The translations under genes were made by a program, and so were the position numbers. A stretch of DNA of 64,000 bases from Octopus vulgaris (lineage: Eukaryota): contig OX597814.1 in assembly GCA_951406725.2 (NCBI GenBank), positions 80,538,001 to 80,602,000 on the forward strand, written 5' to 3'. Numbering within the stretch: the stretch's first letter is position 1; every line of letters starts with the position of its first letter. Shown here one piece after another: positions 53,362 to 64,000 of the stretch. The notes below the pieces were generated by a model that saw only the letters and a program-made list of their open reading frames with translations, did not search any database and was not told the origin of the DNA.

Positions 53362-54978
53362 ATAATAATAATAATAATAAAAATAATAATAATAACAAAA
53401 ACAACAACAACAATAATAATAGCAATAATAATAATAATCATAATAACAACAACAGTAACAATAACAACAACAACAACAATAATAATAATAATAATGGTTT
53501 CATTTTTTGGCACAAGGCTAGCAATTTCGAGAGATGGGATAGATTACATTGACCCCAGTGCTCAACTGGTACTTATTTTATCAACTCCAAAAGGAGGAAA
53601 GGCGAACTCAAAGCTTTTCTACATTAGGAACAAGGCTTGAAATATTGTCGGGAAGTGGGCTATCAGATTACATTAGCCTCAGTGCTAAATTGATTTTTGA
53701 TTTACTGATCGCGAAAGGAAGAAAGGCAAAGTCAACTTCTGTAGAATTTGAATTCAGAATTTAAAGCCAGAAAATATGCCTCTAAACATTTCGACTGAGG
53801 CACTAATGATTCTATCAGCTCACCTTAAAGATAACAACAACAACAACAATAATAATAATCTATGGTACAAGGCCTGAAATTTTGGTGGGAGGGTACTAGT
53901 TGATTACATCGACCTCAGTGTTTCACTGGTACTTAATTTATCAACCCCAAAAGGATGAAGGACAAAGTTGACCACGGTGGGATTTGAACTCAGAACATTA
54001 AGACAGATGAAATGCTGCTAAGTATTTCGGCGGGCATGATTTGTTTGCCAGCTTGCCACCTTAGAACAACATTAACAACAACAACGATAATAATAATAAT
54101 GATAATAATGTAGTCTCCATTTGTAGATAGTTTCTGCCAGTAACCTAATTGAAACAGCAGGACTGGATTTTATGAAGATTTTATTGATCAGCTTCCAACC
54201 GAAGGAGAGAATCATTGTCTCTGCTTAACATTACTAGAACTAAATTTAAGCATTGGATCAATTGATCCTCCTGATTAGGAGGGAAAACGGCTAAATTATG
54301 AACTAAAAAAGCTTGAGCTTCTTTAGCTGATCTCAATTAAATGAGAATCTGATTATGCTTAGCTTTATATCAGGAATGGTTTTCATAGTTATTTTTTAGT
54401 TATTTTTGAGGGTTACTTTTTCTTTTTTTTTTCTTTTTTTCTTTTTTTGACATAAATAAGGAATTTAGCTTGAAACCAGAACATTCAATCAGAAAACAAA
54501 TATCTGTCATGTGAATCCGTTGCTAGTAAATTGCACATTTGGCTCTTTTTCTAAAGATTTTTACACTCACTTAAACAACTTCTCATGTTTCCAAATATAT
54601 TCTGCTATTCAATTTAAGGGCTGTATTTTTGCTGCGTCTCTCTCTTCACCCAATTTTCTCACCATATTTCTCTGCAAAAATCAATATGTGCGCAATAATA
54701 ACTTTAGCTCTATTGACAATACATGAATAGCAGTGTTATTACAAACATAGACAAAAGAAGAACTGAATTCATTAGAAACAATAACCATGTGTCAAAGAAA
54801 GACTAATAAATACAGAGAGGGCTGGTGTGAACATAAACAGAAAGATACTTCATTTCTATAACACTTATATATATTACATATTATATTACAGTTTACACAC
54901 ATACACACGCTCCCACATTTACACACACATGTATGTATATACACACGTGTGTGTGTGTGTATATGTACATGCATATAT

Positions 54979-55022
<44 letters not shown>

Positions 55023-55798
55023 ATATTTGTGTGACGGTGTGTGCAGGAATTAGTAGAATACCAGACAAAATCTCTTGCAATATTTAATTATGTCCATTTA
55101 TTTCCTGAATTCAACTTCCAGTGGGAACAGTTTTGACTTGCATCTTTCTGGGGGGTCAATAAACTAAGTGCCAGTCAACTATTAGAGTTGGTTTAATCAA
55201 TTAACTCCCTTCTCCAAATTTGTAGCCTTGTGCCTATTAGAGATGTCTATGGTTGTTGTTATTAATATTATTATTATTATTGAAGGCAGCAAGCTGGTAG
55301 AATCATTAGTACACTGGGCAAAATGATCAGCAGTATTTTGTCTGAGTTCAAATTCTATCAAGATTGACTTTGTCTTTCATCTTTTTGGGGCTGATAAATT
55401 AAGTACCAGTCAAGTACTGGAGCTGATGTGAGCAACTATCCCCCTCCCCACAAATTCCAGGCCTTGTGCCTGTAGTTGAAAGGATTATCATTATTGTCAT
55501 TGTGGATGGGGAGCATGTGTGGGCTCCATTCATGAGGTTCATCTTTCCACAGCTCATCCCCTTGGCAGAGGTGCAGTCCTGAGCGAAGAAAAGATTGAGA
55601 ATGGGTGCCTTGCACCTAGAATATCATCAGGCATTCAGAACTTTCTACTAGTCAGGCAATGGGATTGGTGAACGTTCCTCTTTAGAAATTTATAGAGGAT
55701 TAGTAGTGGGAAGTGCGATGACATTCTTGGAGAGACTCAGGGATGGCATTCTTGGGGCACCGATGAAAGCAAACTGGCTAGTCTGTTCCATATATATA

Positions 55799-55840
<42 letters not shown>

Positions 55841-55875
55841 CACACACACCCATACACACACACACACACCCATAC

Positions 55876-55906
<31 letters not shown>

Positions 55907-56112
55907 AAGTGTATATGCAGCACGGAGCAAAAGTCTTAGGTCCTGGTGGCATGTAAAGCTTGGGTATTTCCAGAGAAGCACTGGACCCATAAACTGGGCT
56001 ATCAACACTGTTGGGTTCCAGGCCAGTGCCAGAATTCCTCAGGTGTAGAAAATCTTTGTTTCACAGCGATCACACCGTAAAGTGGGTTTAGTGAAGAGTA
56101 AATAATCTAGAG

Positions 56113-56394
56113 AATAAGAAGACAGAGAAAATTTTTTAACACATCTTTAATGATTCTTTACAATTATTTCTGTACAAACTCTGCTTGCCACACCAGTTCA
56201 CACAAAAATTCAAAGTGACAACAAGGCCGGGAAGATGCACAATGTGACAGCACACCTTTAATGCAAATCTGATGAAATGTCTCTTTAATGCCTAAAACTG
56301 TAAACATTACATAAATTTTCACTTGATACAGAAACAATTGTTATGAATCATTAAAGATGTGTTAAAGAATTTTCTTTGCCTTCTTCTTATTATT
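56113..56394. repeat. Inverted repeat with hammerhead-like core (CTGATGA 56269, GAAA caattgTT 56331-56342)
   Basis: Arms at about 56113-56177 and 56323-56394. Confidence 0.75.
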
Positions 56395-56402
56395 GGGATT
56401 GC

Positions 56403-56457
<55 letters not shown>

Positions 56458-56563
56458 TAAATTTAAATAATGAGGGTGATAAATTGAATATTAATTTAAT
56501 TAACATCTATTTAAAACCAGTAACCTAGCATATAGAAAAATCTGAAAATTCAGAAAAATTGTA

Positions 56564-56688
56564 ATACATGCATATAAGAAGGGATAACCACTAAGTGGAC
56601 ATCCAATATGCTAGAAGATCACCTACAATCTAACCACAAATTCTTTTGGATGTCTACTTAGTGGTTATCCCTTCTTATACGCATGTAT
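56564..56688. repeat. 43-bp-arm inverted repeat
   Basis: atacatgcatataagaagggataaccactaagtggacatccaa and ttggatgtctacttagtggttatcccttcttatacgcatgtat. Confidence 0.9.
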
Positions 56689-56720
56689 ATATATATATAT
56701 ATATAAATATATATATATAT

Positions 56721-57010
56721 GTAAAACAAATGAGAGGAAGAGGAAATGGAATTCATGAGATTATTTATTAATCACAACAATCATTTGAACCCATCTTGCA
56801 TCGGCCCCTCATGAGTGAGATTCTGGAAAACAGGTTGGTGCATTCTTCTGTGCAGATGTGATTTGCAAGGTGACTTTTCAAAAGGTACCTTACTCAATAA
56901 ACTGTTTCACTTGTTTCAAGGGACTGATGCAAGATGGGTTGAAATGATCGATGTGATTAATAAAGAATCTTGTGAATTTTATTTTCTCTTTCTCTCATTT
57001 GTTATATACT
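56721..57010. repeat. Diverged inverted repeat, arms about 90 bp
   Basis: aacaaatgagag..ttattaatcaca..aacccatcttgcatc versus gatgcaagatgggtt..tgtgattaataa..ctctcatttgtt. Confidence 0.8.
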
Positions 57011-57121
57011 TGACAGACATGGAGGAATAACTGAAGTTAATCCTGTAGAGTTTATATCCATACTGTTGATGACATCAGATAGTTACAGAAAGCAGATGTG
57101 CTGAATCAGTATACTACAGGG

Positions 57122-57169
<48 letters not shown>

Positions 57170-57809
57170 TATAAATATAGGTGCAGGTGTGGCTGTGTGG
57201 TAAGAAGTTTGCTTCCCAACCACTTTGATTCCAGGTTCAGTCCCACTGCATGACACATTGGGCAAGTGTCTTCGATAGTCCCAGGCTGACTAAAGCCTTG
57301 GATTTGGTAAGCAGGAACACTGAAAGAAGCCCATTCTATATACATACACACATATATATATATTATCATCGACATCGTTATTTAATGTCTGCTTTCCAGC
57401 ATGGAAAGCGGACATTAAATACAACCCTAAAACAGTCTTATCTCAAAGAAGACCTGGATGTGGGTTGGATGGTTTGACGGAAGCTGACCAACTGAAGGGC
57501 CGTTCAGGCTCCATATCTGCTTTGGTATGGTTTCTATGACTGGATGCCCTTCCTAATGTCAAACACTTTACAGAATATACTGGGTGATTTTTAGCTGGCA
57601 CCAGCACTCACAAGTCTGCAACATTAGGGATGCACAGCTAGAGAGGGTTGCGAGGGATGAGCTTGTATGCAAGGGCAACCATGCTTTTACATAGCTTGGT
57701 GTGTCTTCTCAAACACAGCAAACTGCCAGAAGTCTCAGTCCCCTACACATCCATACATACATACAGCCCCAAAACAGTCTTACCTCAAAGAAGACCTGGA
57801 TGAAAAGCA

Positions 57810-58690
57810 CTCAGCATACAAAAAACATGCATGGGTATGTTGCCAGGAAGCTTGAAGAAGACAGTAGAATTGACATGAAGCGCAGCCTCTCTTGGACACA
57901 AGACCACTACATCACATCACACTTTGAAGGCTATGCATTTGCAATCCAGGAACAAGAGATTGCTACAAAGTACTTGGCAAACAAGAGAGACAGTGACGCT
58001 TTTGTAATCCCAAGGTGCAACCGCATGTGTAGGCTATGTCATGTTTCTGTGTAAGACATTACGCTTGTTATTAGCAGCTGTCCTAAGACGTCATCATAGT
58101 ACTACCTCCCTATGTGGCACAATGTTGTTGTTAAAACAATTTACAATGCCATCTGTAAAATGACTGTCCTGAAATAAACTTAGAAAATCCCTCTGTTATG
58201 GAATACATTAATAAACACCAACTCAAGGAATACTGGTGGAATATTCCCATCAAAACTTCTGTCAAATATAAGCATAACAGGTCAGATATTGTTGTTTGGG
58301 ACAGAGTAGTGAAGGTATGTACTATCATAGAGGTTGGTGGCCCTGCAGATATAAATATCTTTTTGAAAATCAAAAGAAAAAGAAAATATCTATGGACAGC
58401 TGCTCCGAAACCTCCAGCTTCTATATCCAGACTATGAATTCATATTCATACCAATAATAATTAGGGAACTAGGTTTTGTTAGTAAATGCTTAAAGGAGAA
58501 ATCGACCGGCTAATTCGTACATTACAAGTGCAATCTGTGAGTGGAACAGTAAAAATACGCAAGACTTTTCTCAAGTTCCCAATGTGAATTCATCTGTGTT
58601 AGCTACATCCCAAAGATGGAACCTTGTATTAGAAACCAGCTCCATCCTCAGTGGAAAGTTTATAATATTAAAAAAAATAGAAGAGAAATA
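57810..58690 (+). pseudogene. R4/Dong-like LINE C-terminus (CCHC knuckle plus RLE endonuclease) ending at (TA)n
   Basis: HFEGYAFAIQEQEIATKY..CRLCH..SSCP..H..HNRSDIVVWD..IIEVGGPAD..YPDYEFIFIPIII. Confidence 0.88.
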
Positions 58691-58691
58691 C

Positions 58692-58727
<36 letters not shown>

Positions 58728-59122
58728 AGTTTTGTGCCTCTGTTTTTCCTCCACCACTGCTTAACAACAAGTGTTGGTGTATTTGTGTCTCCATTAGTTA
58801 GCAGTTCAGCAAGGTTAACTGATTGAATAAGTTCCTAGCTTTACAAATAAATAATGAGTACTGGGCTTGATTCATGCAACTAAAAATTCTTCAATGTGGT
58901 GCTGTAGCATGGCCACAATCTAATGACTGAAACAATTAAATGATAAAAGATGAAAGATACACCCATCAACATTCACAGCATTAAATCAATTTCTTCTACT
59001 AACAGGTTTATAAGAAGTGCACTCAATGTTAGTCACTGAAGGTGTTCTCAAACAATACTAAAATGCTTTTTACTAGAGTCACCAGTTTAATAAAATGTAC
59101 ATATATATATATATATCTATTT

Positions 59123-59165
<43 letters not shown>

Positions 59166-59430
59166 TATATATATATACATATATATATATGTATATATAT
59201 AATTATATGTATATGTGTGTGTGTGTGTGTGTGTGAGTGTGTGTGTATACATACACACATACACATATATATATATATATATGTACAAATATATATATAA
59301 ATGTATGATATACATATATACTATATATGTGTGTGTGTTTCTCTCTTTCTCTCTCTCTCTCTCTCTATATATATAGGCATATATATATATATGCATGTAT
59401 GTATCTGTCTATCTATCTATCTAGCTATCG

Positions 59431-59463
<33 letters not shown>

Positions 59464-59549
59464 AACATATATATATTATGTATGTGTATATATATATGTG
59501 TGTGTGTGTGTATGTATATATGTATGAGCATGCATGTGTGTGTGAGTGA

Positions 59550-59600
<51 letters not shown>

Positions 59601-59624
59601 CGTGTGTGTGTGATTGTACATGTG

Positions 59625-59800
59625 ACTTAAATGTAGTTCTACATCTTTTGCGTCAATAGTTTCAGATTTTCTCTCCTCATTAGTCAGGCATTCGGCCAAC
59701 TTTCTATCATCTTCAACATTAGAAAATAACTTCTCCTTTGTTTTGTTTTTTCTAATTTGTTGGGCTTTTTCTTCCTTTTCTTTTTTTTGCCAAACACATA
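59625..59800 (-). pseudogene. Possible Crypton (DUF3504-type) N-terminal remnant
   Basis: QQIRKNKTKEK..DRKLAECLTNEERKSETIDAKDVELHLS. Resemblance from memory only. Confidence 0.3.
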
Positions 59801-60023
59801 TTTTCTAATTCTGCTCTCCAGCCTCCAACTGCTGAACATGGGTGGGAGGGTCAACATCAAAATAATGAAATATTTTGGCCATCATTGATCTAACTTATTA
59901 CTGTACCCTCTCACCAGAATAATCAAACAAGCTCAGTGCTAGAGTACTGTAGATGTATGTATTTGTATGGATGTAGATCTGTTTATATATATATGTATAT
60001 ATATGTGTGTGTGTATGCATGTG

Positions 60024-60059
<36 letters not shown>

Positions 60060-60082
60060 CACATACATATATATATACATAC

Positions 60083-60116
<34 letters not shown>

Positions 60117-60240
60117 GTATGTGTATGTATATATATATATATATGTATATATACATACACATGCATACACACACACATATATATACATACATATATAAAC
60201 ATATATATATATATATATACATACACATACATATATATAC

Positions 60241-60270
<30 letters not shown>

Positions 60271-60273
<3 letters not shown>

Positions 60274-60668
60274 TACTTGTTTTAGTCATTTGACTGCGGC
60301 CATGCTGGAGCACCGCCTTTAATCGAGCAACTCGACCCCGGGACTTATTCTTTTGTAAGCCCAGTACTTATTCTATCGGTCTCTTTTGCCGAACCGCTAA
60401 GTGACGGGGACGTAAACACACCAGCATCGGTTTTCAAGCAATGCTAGGAGGACAAATACAGACACACAAACATACACACACACATATATATATATATATA
60501 CATATATACGACGGGCTTCTTTCAGTTTCTGTCTACCAAATCCACTCACAAGGCATTGGTCGGCCCGGGGCTATAGCAGAAGACACTTGCCCAAGATGCC
60601 ACGCAGTGGGACTGAACCCGGAACTATGTGGTTGCTAAGCAAGCTACTTACCACACAGCCACTCCTGC

Positions 60669-60671
<3 letters not shown>
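60271..60671 (-). mobile_element. SINE family B, young full-length copy
   Basis: Complete head to tail, with CpGs retained. Confidence 0.92.
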
Positions 60672-60706
<35 letters not shown>

Positions 60707-60768
60707 ATCTATGTATATGTATACACACAGACATAGATATATGTATACACATATGTACATACATGTGT

Positions 60769-60806
<38 letters not shown>

Positions 60807-61822
60807 ATGCATATAGAATTGTTAGCCCACTGGGTGAAATGCTTAGTCATATTTTGTCTGCCTTCATGTTCTGAGTTCAAATTCAATCTAAGTCGTCTTT
60901 GCCTTTTATCCTTTCAGGGTTGATAAACTAAATACCAGTTACACACTGGGATCGATGTAATCGACTTGTTCCCCCCCCCCCCAAGTTTCAGGACTTGTGC
61001 TTTTAGCAGAAAGGATTATCATTATTATTTAAGATGTTGCACAGTATCCGATATTGTGAGGTTGTTGATTGAAGGTATTGTGTCTACCAGATGTTTCTAC
61101 TGTCTGTCAAGTCACAAGAACCTCAGACAGACAGTACTTTATGCAATATGCATACAGTTCCAAGTAATGCTGATTTTTGCAATACACCTACAAAGAATAG
61201 ACATGTACATTTTGTTGATCATTTTAATTTAATTTAATGTTACTTTTTTTCCATGAGATGGATCAGCTAGGCTCTTTCCAGCAAGTAACTGAAAGTAACT
61301 CAAATTTAGGCAGAGATTAAGAGAGAGACAGCTAGCTGCATATCATCCTCTAATGACAGCACTTTTTGAACCTTGTTCTGGAAAAACTTTGTTCTCAATG
61401 GTTAAGAATTGAGAACAGTTAAAGCTCCCCACACATTGTTTAGATAAAGATGCGTAAGTCTTTGCCATTGAACATCAGAATATTGTTGGGGAAGACATTT
61501 CACAAATATTTTTGATCATGAAATCATTTATAAATTCCACAAGTCTATGTGTCAATCGTCACTGTATCACCCCCACCACCACCCACTCCCTATTTTTCTA
61601 ACCAGGTTCTGCACTCATATTCACACGCCATTCTTCTACTCTCTCTTACACTTTTGCTCTTTCCTACTCTCTCTCTCTCTCGCTCTCTCTCTCTCTTTCC
61701 TTTGGTTACTTTCTCTCTCTTTCTCTTGCTTTTCCTCTGACTAGGTAACCAAGTATCACCTTTACATCAGCACACTTGTTTCTGGCCTCTTTCTGTACCT
61801 CTCTCTCACTCTCTATTTTCTT

Positions 61823-61868
<46 letters not shown>

Positions 61869-62689
61869 ACTGAGTAACCATGTACCTCCTTTATAGCAAG
61901 TCACCTATTTCTGTCTCTCTATTTCTCTGTTACACTCTAACATTTCATCATTTGATACTGGATCAACTCCTCTAATGTCCCCTCTGTTGTGGCAAGACAC
62001 CTGCTTCTGTCTCTTTGTCGCTTTGTCACACTCTAACTTTCATCCTCTGACACAAACGCCCTGCTCCTCTCATAATTCCTTGTCTTGTGAGTTACTTGGT
62101 TACACTGCCAGTGCTGGTGCCACATTAAAAGCATCCAGTCCCCACTGTAACATGGTTAGCATCTGGAAGGGCATCCAGCAGTAAAAATCTTGCCAAAACT
62201 AACTTCGCCTGTGCTAGTACCACATAAAAAGCATTGAGGCCACTCTGTGAACTGGTTGGTGTTAGGAAGGGCATCCAGCTGTAAAATCCCTGCCAAAACA
62301 GACACAGTAGCCTTGAGTAGATTTTCTACTTGGCCAGCTCCTGTCAGCCATCCTACCCATGCATGCATGGAAGATGAACTTTAAATGATGATGATGATGA
62401 TCAGGGATTAATTTTGAAAGAATTTTGAATGCATCAGTAATCCAAACTATTAATATAAGAAAAATTAGAAAAGAAGCAAATAAAATGTTTAGTGGCATTT
62501 CATGTCCTAACCGCTGGACTTCAAATTCTACCAAGGTCGACTTTGCTTTCCATTCTTTTTGGTAGTCATAAATTAAATACCAGTTAAACAATAGAGTCGA
62601 TGTAATTGACTTAGCCTTCCTCTGAAATTGCTGGCTTTGAGCCAAAATTTGAAACCGATATAAGAAGAATAAGAATCTATTTCACCATC

Positions 62690-63310
62690 AAAATACTTTT
62701 GAGCTAATACTGACGTCAATGGAGTCTTCTGTTTCTAGCAGTGTGATGTTTTCACTCATATTCTCAAAAATGTCGTAATGACCCACCTTCAGTTTTACCT
62801 TCCACAACTCAAGTTTCATCTGGAATAATTTTAATTTGTTAACAAAGAGTATAACAGTCACTAAGTTCCTGAAATAACTTGTTGGTTGTATTAAGTTTTA
62901 AGAAAATATCATTCAAGGTTAGCTTTACCTTCTAATTGTTATCAGAAAGTTTAATTACTTTATATTGCGGCATTCTCAAAAAGTATTTTGTCATTTTTTA
63001 TCACAGCAACTCATGCTACTGTATTACCCCTTGAAAAATCGTCTCCCTTATGTGGTAACTAAAGTGTCTTTCCCTCTGTATTTCATTTTTGATATAAGAA
63101 ATGCTGTATCCTTGTGTCCAGATGAAGAGATTTGAGTAAAGTTCACTATGGCTACAGTATCATCAAGAAAGAATTTGAGTGTCAGATGCAGTGTCTTTGT
63201 ATACAATGCATATCTATGAATTTGACAGTATATGTTCTTTACAACAGGCTTAACTTTTGACATTCTTACTAAGAACAACGTAGTATTGCAGGAACTTTAT
63301 CAGCTTTTCA
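62690..63310 (-). pseudogene. hAT (Charlie/Buster-like) transposase remnant
   Basis: YCQIHRYALYTKTL..LDDTVAIVNF; LNDIFLKLN..N; KLKLFQMKLELWKVKLKVGHYDIF. Confidence 0.75.
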
Positions 63311-63434
63311 CCTGACTGACAGTTTTCTATGAAAGACTGACTTTAACAATAAACTTAACGATACAACTTCATATATATATCTTCTTTCTTTCTCCTCTCC
63401 ATGCCTCATAAAACAAGAATTCTTTTTCACAATA

Positions 63435-63489
<55 letters not shown>

Positions 63490-64000
63490 TCATCATCATC
63501 ATCATAATCGTTTAAAATCTGCTTTCCATGCTGACATGGGTTGGATGGTTTGTCTGAGGACTAGCAAGACAGGACGTTGCAACAAGCTCCAGTCTGTTCT
63601 GGCAAGATTTCTACAGCTGGAAGCCCTTCCTAGCACCAACCACTGTGTGAGTGTAGTGGGTGCTTTTTATGTGCCACTGGCAGGGGGCCAGTCAGGAAGC
63701 ACTGGCATCAACCACGCTTGAATGGTGCTTTTTACATACCACCAGCATGGGCACCAGTCAGGCGGCACTGGCATCAGCCACAACAACGATATCACTTGAC
63801 TCAACAGGTCTTCTGAAGCACAGCGTATTGCCTGACGATTGAAGGGCACTTTTAAATGGGCCGGTTATGTGACACTGGCATTGGCCACAGCTACAATCTC
63901 ACTTGGCTTGCTGGGTCTTCTCAAGCACAGCATATCTCCAAAGACTTCAGTCACTTGTCATTGCCACTGTGAGGCCCAATGTTTGAAGGTCATGCTTCGC

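Noticed and set aside
60590-60671. tRNA gene
   Set aside because: tRNA-like head of SINE B, continuous with the SINE body. The same applies to the other SINE heads.

Overview
AT-rich, microsatellite-saturated eukaryotic non-coding DNA. The SINE families and (TA)n/(AAT)n/(CATA)n load look like an Octopus-type cephalopod genome (recognition, not a database result). I found no intact host gene, rRNA, tRNA gene or CRISPR array. Most ORFs in the track are translated microsatellites or SINEs. The window holds many degraded transposons: pogo/Tigger, mariner, Tc1, hAT, piggyBac-like and Tc1/mariner MITEs, Helitrons, RTE and R4/Dong-like LINE 3' ends, Penelope-like (PLE) fragments and three SINE families. 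The main signal is about 10-14 minimal type I hammerhead-ribozyme motifs in short PLE-like terminal fragments, mostly next to (TA)n tracts. They include the canonical C3-G8 core, compensatory U3-A8 and G3-C8 cores, long-stem-II forms, and fold-back palindromes that turn at the ribozyme. Also notable is a SINE > mariner > composite Helitron nest carrying a nascent 107-bp satellite. Coordinates of decayed repeats are approximate, and all structures were folded by eye.
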